A stretch of 59,040 bases of DNA, counting the filler, from Sphacelaria rigidula (lineage: Eukaryota), in assembly GCA_964200075.2 (NCBI GenBank). It is 5 parts of 5 records of this genome, joined end to end, with 100 filler letters (N's around TTAATTAATTAA, not from the genome) between each part and the next. Parts side by side here need not be neighbours in the genome. Positions count along the whole stretch, not along the records: positions 35,485 to 47,212 come from CAXNAA020004583.1; positions 47,313 to 59,040 come from CAXNAA020004584.1; 3 more parts are not named here. One strand, 5' to 3'. The notes beneath the pieces were generated by a model. That model had not been told where the DNA came from and searched no databases. It saw nothing but the letters and a program-made list of their open reading frames with translations. Made by a program: the position numbers and the translations under genes. Of the stretch, positions 36,792 to 48,579 are shown one piece after another. Each line of letters begins with the position of its first letter. Position 1 is the stretch's first letter.

Positions 36792-39073
36792 TTGAGGTTG
36801 GGGTCCTGCTGGAAGAGACGCCGCTGGGGAGGGAGAAACGCGCGGTATGGGGAATGCTGTACGAGGACGATGCAAGCGCAGCGTCGAGGTCCCAAGACGG
36901 GCTTTGCGAGGATGATGGCGGTGATGAGGGTGGTCTGTCAGGAGTTCGGACTGAGGTCCCGTCTCATCAAGACCGCAAATTGAGAATGAGGTCGTGAGAA
37001 TGATAATCAGACTGGCGGTTGAACTTTTTTTTTTTTTATCCTTCTGATCGGTGAATAGCTGTTGTTACGCGATCATCGCCTTCAGAATCACTGTCATAAA
37101 AATTGATCAATTTTGTGAATAAGCTTCCACGGGAACGAGTGAACACTCCGATGCTGATGCGATAGGGAACGGTAAACTGTTGCCCAGCGGTACACTGTTG
37201 CCCAGAATGCCGCAGCGAGTTTTTGTCACCAGTGGCAGCGGGACTCTTTGCGTGCGACGCACTGATTTCTCAACGTGTTGTCACGTTCTCATCTTTATTT
37301 TTTAGCCGTCGATAAGAAAGGCGGGCGATTTCTCGTGATTATGAGGTTGTTTCAAACCGCGACACTCACTCTCGTTCTCATAATCTATTTCCTCATTTTT
37401 ATCTTTCGTTCAGACTGGGGCCAAACGGTATCGGAAAATATGACAGAGATCATGCGCCTACGGTCAGTACGTAGCCCCCTCGAGTCTGCACTGCACACCA
37501 AAGCAGCAGGTCAGCGGTGCAAGCAGACTATCGAGCCTGCCTACCTTGGAGGCACTGTCACCGCGGACGTGAATATTTCCACCGATATCGAGCGCTGCAT
37601 CAGGCTGCGTGGGCATGGCTCCTGAACTACAGCTCCAAACCGTGCGATCGGCCCAAGGTCAAACTCTTTTAGAAAGCTCCGCTGCTCAAAACGGGGGTCG
37701 TGGAAGCTATGCTGCACTGATGTGCTTTATGATCACTGCGCCCAGAGGGCATCGAAAGGTTGTACACTGCCAACCACAAGCTTTACTGCGGACGGTTGGT
37801 TTCCGCAGGAAAGATCGCACTGGACACGAGCCTCTGTCCTGCAGAGCTGCGTTCCAGATGACCAAAAGCGAGGATGTCGAGACGAACACCCGCAAGCAGC
37901 AAACTCTGGTTCGGGGGGTGGGTCATGTCCAGCAGGGCGGGTTGGCCACACACGAGCCCAAGGAGGCTGGCCGAACATCGAGGGGACGCCTGAAGGAGAA
38001 CCTGCGTGTGGTGGAGACTGTCCCACGCAAGGGAGAACGGACGAATCAGTTTGTCTACGGTACGGAAGACAGAAAATTGTGTAAGACTGAGTCATTGCCG
38101 CAGAGAACGTTGGAAAATGACGCATGAGGGTTTAGAAAGGGGCGGAAGAGTTCGAGGAGGCGTGATGACGCGAAAAGCTCCGCCAATCGCAAGTACGCCA
38201 CAAGCAGGAGGCTATTGCGTTGAGAGCCGCCAAGAGGAGAGCCGCAATAGCTTGACACAACAGCAGCAACAGCTCGCGAGGAACCCAAGATGGAGAGGGT
38301 TGAAAGACTGACTCGCTTGGTACCGGACTAGGGATGGGTGGTAGAGGCGGGGGTAACAAAAACCCCGCATGTCCCCCATCGTATCTTATCACATATTGCC
38401 TTCTTTCCTCGGTTGGCAACCTCAGTGATGTCCCTGGCTGTGTTGGCACACATGTTCTGCTTCATCTTTGTGCTCCATCTACATTTTTTGTTCCCTTCCT
38501 CTTCTTATCCATTCTCTCTCTTCTTCCCCCCTCCTCCTTTTTGTCGAGTTTTTCGTGCTTTCTCGTAGTTTTTTGTTTGTACTGTGATGGTGTTTGTGTT
38601 TTGCCCCCGTGAAGCTCGTCGGTAACAGTTTATGCTCAATTAGTGTGGTTTCCACACAGTTCTTCTTTGTATTTCTCTTTGCTCGCACGGTATTTCTCCA
38701 TCTGAACCCATGCTGCAATGCAGATGCAGGACCTGACTATTTCTTGCTCCTTGTTTCTTGCTTGCTTCTTTTCTTCTCGTTTTCCCTTCTCTTTGTCAAC
38801 ATCTGGACTACTTTCATTGGAACCGTTTCTTCTTGTCATTGTTTCGTTTCGTTTCGTTTCGTTTCGTTTCGTCCCCCCCCTTTTCTCTTTTGGTTGTCTC
38901 ACGTTTTTGGTCAGTTTCATGCGTATATTTTATCTTGCTTTCTTTTTCGTCTTCTTCTCCTTTTCTCGAGTTTCTCTCAGCGAGTGTTTCCGTTGTGAAT
39001 ACCTTGGGGACGCCTATCTTATGGCCATGACTAGATGCCTCGCGAATCAGTTAATGTGCGAAAATTAACTAAT
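36792..39073 (+). mobile_element. Decayed 5'-truncated RTE-type LINE (RT C-terminal part + 3' UTR), interrupted by a MITE
   Basis: RAVWGMLYEDDA (YADD motif), RMMAVMRVVCQEFGL|TVSENMTEIMRL...AAGQRCKQT..AYLGGTVTAD, LLRTVGFRRKDRTGHEPLS, VETNTRKQ, with frameshifts and stops. A T-rich UTR ends ...atggccatgactagatgcc...cagttaatgtgcgaaaattaactaatc. Confidence 0.85.
36955..37422. mobile_element. 468-bp insertion, probable PIF/Harbinger-like MITE, inside the LINE RT
   Basis: It splits the conserved FGL-TVSE peptide. Imperfect TIRs ggtcccgtct...aatgagg / cctcatt...agactggggcc. Three extra nt suggest a decayed 3-bp TSD. Confidence 0.6.
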
Positions 39074-39703
39074 CTCACCATCCGAAACACGCCGAAGAAT
39101 CTACGGAAGACAACAGAAAGAAGTAATGTCGCTGAAATTTCATCAAGCAGGTCAGGTGTGGGCGCAAAAACATAACCTCGTGCCGCTCCTTTCCGTCGTC
39201 GTTCAATTGTCCCTGACGCACTACAGGATAGCTCACCAGCACATTCCAGTGCGTGTTAGATCGCTGCATGCATCATACTTTCAGTCAGTACAAGAGAGGC
39301 AGTCCATTCCGTGGCGATGGCACGGGAAATAACACCCCCTCCCGGGGCGGAGATTATTATAATCTCCACTTTCTGAAGAAGCGATACCCCAAATCTACGA
39401 AGAATCTCGTACATCGAAATGTATTGATGGCATATTCCCAGCGACATCACTCTCCGCAGCAGGGATCTCCGCAGTCTTCAACAAAGTCACGTTTGAAATT
39501 CACATCATTGGGGGTGGTATATCCCGTCTCCATGTGGAAGCGCTTCTTTGCGGAACAATTGCACTATCTTGCCTGCAACTGTTGTTTCCCCAGACATTGT
39601 ACTCAGATGCACGTCATCCCTATATGAAGCTAGTAGCAGACTGCAAGCAACAGCAAAGAACAACGATGGTGGCGACGACGACTAGAAACACGCGGAGACT
39701 CAC

Positions 39704-39844
39704 CTCGTAGTCAAGCATAGCAGCCCTGGCTCCCGTTACGGTGTCATGAAACAACGTCAACACGTGCCTGCCGCCGTGGGCGTCTGCAAAGTTCCAATTC
39801 CGGTTAACCTCCCCATCAAGGACACTTACAGCTTGACTGCTCAT
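39704..39844 (-). CDS. First coding exon of a FAIM (Fas apoptotic inhibitory molecule)-like beta-sandwich protein
   Basis: ATG...GAG|GTGAGT. MSSQAVSVLDGEVNRNWNFADAHGGRHVLTLFHDTVTGARAAMLDYE fits the remembered FAIM N-terminal pattern W-x6-8-G-x-H-x-h-x-h-x-H-x3-(S/T)G-x-R-x3-hD. Downstream exons were not resolved. Confidence 0.6.
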
Positions 39845-40649
39845 TTAGATCACGCTGCAAAGACTGTCGTTGCTGTTGCTAATGCTGAACCAACACACTT
39901 CAGCACAACAACCCAGTACGCCGGCGCACTCGCAGCGAAGGATGGAAAGTTTGCTGTGACTGCGGGTCTGCGCAATGGTTCCTGCCCCAAATCGGTCGTC
40001 TTGGACATAATGGGAGTGTACAGTATGCGATGGTCAGGCCGAAGGCGATCCGGGCCTATCATTGGCTATCCATTTTGACATGGACGTTGCTCATCAAATC
40101 CGAATGGAGTGATGCATTCTGCGAAACTTATTTTGGGCTCAAAGGCGGAGTTGCACACACGCGAAAACAGCCGCTGGAGCCGTTTCAGGTCTGCGGTCGT
40201 TACTTTCATCGACAAAAAGATATCAATTCCAGCACTGCTGCAGAGCTTGTTTTTCGTCTGTGGTACTACGTGTTGGTACTATATGGCCGTCAGATTCTTG
40301 ATTCTTGCTACAGTACTGTTGTACTGTTGTTGTATGTTCACATGTACAATATTTTCGCTTCCATGGGCCACAATTTCAAGTGCAGTATCCCGTTAGTGTT
40401 GAGATGGAATAAGGTCCCCAGACTCTGCGGTGGGTGTCCTCACCGCAGGTCTAGAGGACCCTCGCACTCTCGAACTCCCTTGGGAAGCCCATTCAGGAGC
40501 GCGAGGCTTCAGGCCTTGACGCTCTCGTCTCTTGCTGTTGATTTGCAATGTGTATAGGGGGGCAAGATCTTGTCCCGCACGAAAGCCCTCTACAACAGTA
40601 CGAGTATGTTATTTCTACCGTTTTCTTTTTCCAGGGTTGGTTTTCTTTT

Positions 40650-41823
40650 GGGGAGTAGACAGAAATGGATCGAACCACCCCCCTTTTCAGTCAAAACGGC
40701 CTCGTGGCGAAGCACTGTCACAGGCTCTGCCCGTGCTCCTCCCGGATCGATCGAAATCCAATCCTGACGCAAAGGCGAGAAGATCACGGCCCACGAAGAG
40801 CACGAGAATCGACCATCACAAACTTTCGGGCGTGCCTACGGGCGAAACAGTGCCGCCCGCGGGCAACAAATGCAACGCAGGAAATCCCCTTTCGTCCGAA
40901 AACCGGGTGGGTCAACCCACGGTTATTTACTAGTTTGAGCCCTTTCTTTCCACTTTTATCCCCTTCTTTCCACTTTTACTTTTACCCCCATTGAGGGAAT
41001 AAAATATAAAGTGACCGTGGGTCGCCCCACCCGGTTCTCGGACACATGGGGATCTTCGGCGAAGCCCTTGTTGCCCGCGGCGCTGTTTGGGTAGGCGCGC
41101 CCGAAACATAGTGAAAACGGAAAATCCGTGCTCTTCGTAGGCCGTGCCTTTGCGTCAGGATTGGATTCACAGTAGTGGGCGGTCTAACTATTCACTTTGT
41201 GGCATTTTATGATTTGTTCGTTATTGTCAATTTTCTTGGGATTTTTTCGCTTGCCATCGCTCATCACATTGGGGATCTGAAGATATTTGTATCCGCTGCA
41301 CATTCCAAGAAAAAAAAAGTAATCTGTACTCAATATTGAGTGACTTACGGGCTGACCGGTCATCGCGGGTCCTGCGACGTTTCAGCCCAGATTCTCACTC
41401 TTCGATATTTTCGGTCGATTGAGCCTGTCCCGATCATATTTCTCAAGAAATGTAAAGTTCTATTTCTCGGAAATTCTACCTACTCATTGCACTAGAGCCG
41501 AAAAACTGTGTCTCACGGTCAATAACACCCTCCTGATGAACGAGTCTTCACTCATTTCGCCCGATAACACCATTTAACTCTGAGTTGGGCACTGTGTTTC
41601 GAGGATGATCTATTTATTGTACCAGAATATACCGAAGCTAGCAATTTCGAGTTCTACCGAAAAGTAGTACGCGAGGAAAACCCCAAAACACGCCAGAATA
41701 GTTAGACCGGCCACTACTGTAGATCGACCCGGGAGGAGCACGAGCGAAGGGCGTCACTGTGTTTTGCCATGACCCCCTTTTTGCTGAAAGGGGATGGTTC
41801 AACCCATTTCTGTACATTTCCCT
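40650..41823. mobile_element. Foldback/long-TIR non-autonomous DNA element (~280-bp arms) with a nested insertion
   Basis: 40650-40753 pairs with 41720-41823, and 40756-40930 pairs with 41005-41168. Confidence 0.8.
41170..41719. mobile_element. Tc1/pogo-like MITE nested in the right arm of the foldback
   Basis: cagtagtgggcggtctaactattc ... gaatagttagaccggccactactg (24-bp TIR, 1 mismatch), flanked by CA and TA (decayed TA TSD). Confidence 0.85.
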
Positions 41824-42143
41824 TTAAGTTTCACGTACTCTATTTATAGCACTGATTCGTGCTATTTCTCGGTGAGCACGAACCGGTCATCAGTGAAGAG
41901 GTGGTCTTGTGCGGTTATTGAACCACGCTCTATCGTCGAATACTTGCGATGCTAAATACAACAGCGTGTCTTGATGCACCGGAGGAGAGATGGGTTGATC
42001 CCTCGAGACTATTCAAATGATCGTGTTGAGCAGATGACGTTGTAGAAACAACAGCCCCGTGCTGTGTGACCAGACAAAATACTCTCCCCTTGCAGCGTGT
42101 CTCAAGAAGATGGCGATGGTGTGTTTCATGTCTTTATTGCGAT

Positions 42144-42626
42144 TGTTTCCTCCCAACTCGGAGGAAATCGGGTGAAGAGAGGTGTAGGAAAGGAGTGGAC
42201 TGAGATGAGTATTGAGCACCACCCTATCTCGACTGCCCACGAACCGTAGTTTCCAGTCTGCTTGCGACCCATATTGCGCGGTCCATCCACAAGCCACAAA
42301 TCAATTTTATCAATTCTAGGACCAGAAACATTTCCTGTTTTCCGACCACAAGGGACCTTCTCGTAAATATTCCACGCCCTGGACAATATATGGTCAATAG
42401 TTGTAATAGACGCGAAGTGTGCTGCATAAAGTATACGCCTATTGCAACTATTGCCGGCCGACAATAGTCGCAATAAGCTTGTACTTCATGCTGTACGTTT
42501 CTTGTCTATTGCATCTATTGACCATATATATTTGTCAAGGTGTGAAATATTCCTGGACTTCTGGGTATCCCGTCGTTTCCCTTCCACAAATACTGACTTA
42601 TGTTTGTAGATATGCTACGTTGGACA
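42144..42626 (-). repeat. Probable 3' LTR of the copia element
   Basis: On the minus strand a polypurine tract AGGGGGGGG (42635-42627) is followed at once by TGTCCAAC. The likely end is ...GGAAACA at 42144 (tentative). Confidence 0.6.
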
Positions 42627-42747
42627 CCCCCCCCTAGATAAATCCCCTAACAAGTCCTAGGCGTTGGCCTGATTGTTATCAAAGAAACAGTACGCAGTAG
42701 ATCGGACTCCCTGCTGTCATCGCCTACCTCAAATAATGGTGTCCATC

Positions 42748-42783
<36 letters not shown>

Positions 42784-45520
42784 CACGCAGTCCCTCCCCA
42801 AGAGGAAATAGCGGTGTCTTCGGAAACTCTCCCTACTAATGATTTTCGCGACGATATCCGCATCCTGATCTTCTGATCGAAGATACTTTACTGTACAAAG
42901 ATGCCACCATTGGCAGCCACCTCCCCGAGAAAATGGTACCGTGCGTCAATGTGGTTGCTGTTGGACAAAGGGTTCTGCAGCTAAGTCTGTCGCCCCCATG
43001 TTGTCCTCGAAAATGTCAATGCTCATCGGTCCCAAACTAGGCATGAAAAACGTCAGTATCCCCCTCGCATAAAGGGCTTCCTTGACGCCCGTCTGCCAGT
43101 GTTTCGTACATTGCCTCTGTGATAAACAAGGTGACGCACTCCTGCGTCCTCGAGAACCAAGACACTGGCGTACTCCCGCAGCAAATAGCTGCACAATAAA
43201 CGGAACGTCGGTCCTCCACCTTACGGGTGTAGTCTGCGTCAACGTACCTATCCAAGTCAGACTCCACATGAATAGACCCTATTCGCTACCCCTATTGAAG
43301 ATTGAACTTGAATCCGACGTAGGATTCAGGTACTCGAGTATCTTCTGTGGCGCCCATAGTGAATCGGCTTGGAGTCATACCAAAACCGTGCGATTGCCCG
43401 AACTGGATTCGTGATGTCGGACTTCGCGTGGTTTGCAACGCACATCAGGCTCCACACGATCTCACGGAACGAGCATCAGCCACGGTCTCCTCCTCGCTTG
43501 CGTGCCTGAAGTCTAAGAAAGGGGTTACGGGGATGGGGCTGGTCTTCGAGACGTCAAAGCGATTTCTCGCTCTCCGAATGAACTGGGTGTGTGAAATCTC
43601 CGCAGTACGTTTTCCCCGGTCCCTGTTGTACTCACTGCCCATGTACCACTCGTACCCCCCCCCGAGACGTTTGTGGAAAATCTCTGATTGAGGGCACTGC
43701 CTACCACTTCAGTCACCTCCTCAGTAGCTGCGATCTTGATGTCGTCCACATGAAAGATCATCATCGCCACGATGTCACCAGCAACCCTCAGGAAATTACG
43801 AGCGATATACCAAGTATTGCTCGAAACCACGCTTTACCTTACAGGGGTGACAGCAGTTGATACCATGCACGACCACTCTGCTTCAAGCCGTATAAAGCCT
43901 TGTTGAGACGCACTATCTTACCAGACATCGATCCACAAATGGGGGGCAGGCGCAAGTAGATATTGGTGTAACATACAAGTGCCTCAAATCCAAGTCTAGC
44001 TTACATCCATAGCCGCCACCAGCCTGTTTGAAGTGGCAGAGACCGTGGGGACGAATATATCAAATCAGTCTGTTCATTCTACCTGACTGTACACGATAAC
44101 CACCACACGGGCTTTCACCCGGTCAGCCATAACATGCGAATCGCCCTTCCACTTCTACCACCACTTAGCGTCTAGGATGTTGCATCCCTCAGGAATTTCA
44201 ATCACCCCCGCAAACGTTTCGGCAGCCATAAGCCCGTCGAACTCTATCTGCATTGCCACCGCCCACACGTCCGAGTACTGCGACGAGCGTGCCGCAGGAT
44301 ACGACAGTGGCTCCGGCCTCGGTTTCCGGACGAGCCATTAAGGTAGCTCGCCCGGCTTACGGGTAACCAACTTCCTGTACCGCCAGCAACCCATGAATTA
44401 TTTTCCCCTTTATCGGACCCAAATATAGTCACGAGGGCAGCTGCTTCTTGATTGAGCGCTTGCGTCCCGGTCTGCTTCGTCCAAGCTCCTCGCCATTTCG
44501 AGATCCACAAGATGCGACGCAAGTTGGCGCGTCATCGTCCGCGCCACCGTCTGGACGGGACCGCTTTCGTCCAATGAAGACGACTTGCTTCCCTCGACTG
44601 AGAGGTCGCCGTCGGCAGACGGCTCGCTGCTCACCGATGACAAATAAACATCTGGTGGAGCAGTTGCGGTGTCGGGGGCCGGCTGATATTCACCGCCTAC
44701 AGAACTCCGCTCACCTCTACCACCATGACCTGCAGCCTTCGCTGGAGACGTCACTCGGCCCTGGTGGGGGATTCCCCTCCCCAGCAACGGTCAAGGAGTC
44801 GGTGGGGCAGACTCGGAATCATCTAGCCCTCCCGGCTCTAGAGTCTCTCCCAGCTCCGGCGGGGGACGCCCGTCGTCTTCACTACCTTGTTCGCCCGCGT
44901 CAGCATTCGCAAAAAATCGCGGGGGTGGCCAATGCCGGGCCCGAGGTATAAGCTACTCCCACACTTGGGGAACGACTTTGCCGGGCGGTTCAAGTGGCAA
45001 TAACGCAGACGAAGAAACGAATGCGGTGACGCGGTTGTTGCCTTATCATGCCACATCTCGCACAGTGGCTTGTTACCTGGGTTGGAGGTCGTCGCGGTGT
45101 GGTTTCGGGAGTCAGACGCCCAGCGTGCTCCCTCAGCCCAAAGGGTCTCCGATAGTGGCAATTCGACATGTGGAAAGAGGATGGGGGCTTGGATGCGAGC
45201 GGCAAGAATGGCGTATTGAATGATACCTAGGGCTCTCTCTCGGCAACGCCGTTCAGTTCCGGACACGTCGCGCTGGTGAATTACTGAATACACACGTCTA
45301 CGAAATTCCACGAAAAACGCTCCTCCGTCGTCAGACCTTACCATTACTACCTCCGGCGGTACACCATCCCCACGCACATCAGTCAAAAACTTCCTGAAGG
45401 CGTTAGCGGCATCCACAGTGCTTTGGCTACGATGCACTCGGCCCTGTTTTCCGCCGTGGAAACTGCGCATTGGGGTATGCCAGCCCCAAATACATGTTTC
45501 GAACCGTTTCATTTACGGCC
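42144..45520 (-). mobile_element. Decayed Ty1/copia LTR retrotransposon (integrase-RT-RNase H-PPT-LTR), 5' truncated
   Basis: Integrase AANAFRKFLTDVRGDG...VRSDDGG...ERALGII...LWAEG (~45500-45000). RT KARVVV, LNKALYGLKQSGRAW, IFHVDDIKIAA. RNase H YVDADY...DRRSV...VSWFSRTQECVTLFITEAMY, IFEDNMGA. Domain order is copia-type, with many frameshifts. Confidence 0.92.
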
Positions 45521-45837
45521 ACCATTGACTTGCATTGGGTTGCACACCATTGCTCGTCGACGGCACTGTTTTTTCTTTCGGTGGCGGGGTACTTGGCGTC
45601 AGCTCAACGAGTGCTCTGTCACCCATGCTCGTGCCATGCTGTGAATGCTACAGCACCACAGCACAGAAAGTTTTTTTCTGTCGTTTTTCTGTGCTTCGAT
45701 GGAGCCGTTGGGGCTGTCGTTTTTCAGGGCCTTCCTGGGTGAAAAGAAAACACCGCAGAATTCACCAGTACGATACATCGTTTGCGGCACCGGCACCTTT
45801 CGACCAAATCACCCCAGTTTGACTATTACAGTACAAC

Positions 45838-46160
45838 GTCGCCGCCTCGCCATGGTGGTCTGAGAGCCCGCCCGACTGTCATCATTAGGGAGGGAGAGGG
45901 TGGGTTCGATTCCAGATTCGTCTGGTACTTAATCCGAAGCATCTGATGTTCACCGCCGAAAGCGTGAGAAACGCGGGTAAACAAAAACGAGTTGACTGAG
46001 TTAATTTGACGAGAGCTGACGCGGTGCCGGAGTGCTGATCCAATCCGCGAGACCAAAATACAAGGCATGTACCAGGGAGAGATGGATTGATCCATTGAGA
46101 CCACGGACTCGTCCCGAGGAAGGGAAGGCGTTCAAACTGTGACAGAAAAAAAAAAAAAAC
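45838..46160 (+). mobile_element. Near full-length tRNA-derived SINE (~320 bp) with poly(A) tail
   Basis: A-box-like TGGTCTGAGAG, B box GGTTCGATTCC at ~45903, a body shared with at least four other copies, and a terminal A-run at ~46146-46159. Confidence 0.75.
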
Positions 46161-47212
46161 GACGCAGGCAAAGTTCGAGAGAAACAGCTTCTTCCATGAA
46201 TTTTCGTGACGGGAAACTCACGTCAATCTTTCGTTACGGGAAACTCACCGGGATTCTGACACCGATTAATTCATTTAGCGCGCAGAATTACCGTGGGCAT
46301 CCTCGCTTGTAACTTTGAGTTTGGGAATTCGATTCCGCCAAACTGGTTTCGCAGGGTGGGGCCTTGTCGTCACGTCTTATCCCGTCGCATCTCCCGACGG
46401 TACTGAGCGTGTGGGTGATTTCTCGATTTTGATTCTTGTGAGGTAAAAAATCGCAGACAACCCTCGTAGTTTCTTCTTGAGTCTTGTTTGTGCATATACT
46501 GTAGCCCATGCGGAGGGGTGGCTAAATGACAACATGCGTCGCCGAGGATATTTGCGTGCCAGTCGCGTGTGCTAGTCGTATTGGCCCGTTTGATTGTTTC
46601 CATGGAGATATGGTTGATGGTAAAAGGAGGGGGGGGGGGGGGGGGAACAGCACGGGGAAATAATATTTGAAAAAAACGAGATCATCGTGACGCTTCAGTA
46701 CCACTTCCTGGAGTACTGTATACTTATTGGGATTGCGCCCGTGTGTATTTCCGCCCCAAGGCCTGCTTTTACTGGCCACTGCGAGAGGCTAATTGATGCG
46801 TAGCTGTTTGCCTTCGAGAGCTTGCGATAAACCTGAAGTTCTGCATTTCGGTCGCCTCGTGAAATTGAAAAACCGTGCAGGGCATGCCAGGCAATATGGG
46901 GAGAAGGAGGAGGGGGGTGGTTCATCGTTGTGGATGACGCCCTTACTATAACACGGCCGGACACGTCGACGCACTCCCCCATGAGGCCCCGATTTTTCAG
47001 CAACCACATCATCGGCCTTTTCAAGTTCACGAGCCCAACCCTTGCCCGCATTTAACGAACGAGCGAAATGGTTCATTTTTTTTCAGTGAAGTCCTCTCAC
47101 ACCACCGAAAATCTATAGCCTAAGCGTGCCAGCGGAGTTGACCCCCTCCCACCCCCCCTGCTCCGTCTCGAAAGGGATGCGTGGTCAATGGTCAAACGAC
47201 TAAGGCAAGCAA

Positions 47213-47312
47213 NNNNNNNNNNNNNNNNNNNNNNNNNNNNNNNNNNNNNNNNNNNNTTAATTAATTAANNNNNNNNNNNNNNNNNNNNNNNNNNNNNNNN
47301 NNNNNNNNNNNN
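47213..47312. other. Artificial linker N44-TTAATTAATTAA-N44
   Basis: Identical 100-nt spacer. Confidence 0.97.
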
Positions 47313-48579
47313 CCTCCGGGTTCTCATCCTCAATGAAAAGCATCATCCTCAACATAGATGATCGGCTGTTACTGAAACGAATCATTCACTCCCTGACTGC
47401 TTTTCACTCTCGATGGCATCCTCTATTTTCCATCACAGGAAAACATTGTTGGGTGTGACCCATCATTATTTTCGGGAAAAAAAATCCGAACCCGTGCTAG
47501 CATGATGAGTAGAATCGTGACACGACCTCAGCCCTTCGTCCGCTAGGGTGCGTCATAATTTTCAGGTGACAAGCGAATAAATGAACCAGAAGAACCACCC
47601 CAGCGGTCAAACACTGGCGCAAAAACAAGAGCAAAATCAAAAATTAGAAACAACGTCGATTTTCAATGCTGAACTTGCATCTGACGGCAACGGCAGCGGC
47701 AATGCTTCGGGGACCTACGATGCAAGACATGTGGGGCCAGAGCGAAGAAAACTTGACAAGCCGCAGCCGATCCATAGGCTTCAAAGACTGACCGAAAGAT
47801 TTTGACTTTGTACGTCCCCCAAGCAGTGCTCGATAGTCCTCGAGATCGCCCAGTTACGCACGATACGCTTGTCGTTCATGATATGAGGTTCCAATGACTG
47901 CATACTGGTAAAACTGTACACAGCTCAAATGAAAGATGTCAACACTCCACGGTTTGGGACGAGCAGACTCCACTCTGTTCGCACATGTCGTTGATATTCA
48001 CATGTTCACCCAATACAAGACCACCTGCACTCGATCGAAGCATCACTTCTACGAAGTGTGAATCGAGAGACATGTGACGTGTACATGCATTCGTGTTGTT
48101 TTGCTCAATTCTGACGCTGGGAAGCGGGGAGATCACGCGGGGAAACGGGGAGTTTACGGGGAGAAACGGTGAGTTAAAGCGGATAAATGGAGAGCTCACA
48201 AATTGGCACCTCTATTTGTTCACAGGAAGACCCCACCGGACCGATGGTCCGAAACTCTCGGAACCCGAGTTAGATAACCAGCAGCACTCACGTTCACTTT
48301 GTCAGCGAGAAAGAGTCGGATTATTCGCAGCGATGTTACATTCCCCCATCATTTTTTCCCATTTTGTGGCAACTGTCCCTGCTCAGAGTCATCCTGCACA
48401 AAAACGCAGTGCGAGTTGGGTCAGCAAGCGATCTGCTCCTACCATCGAACACACATGAGTAGCACACAGTCAAGCCGTCACAAAACGTGCTCAACATCGC
48501 CTATTTCCGACATATCTGACTACACAGTGGAATCTACCGTGCGTACAACGTCACACCATTGTAACCGTAGTTTCGTCTT

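Noticed and set aside
11773-47268. Exactly periodic TTAATTAATTAA motif as a biological repeat or CRISPR-like array
   Set aside because: It is embedded in N-runs and is an artificial linker.
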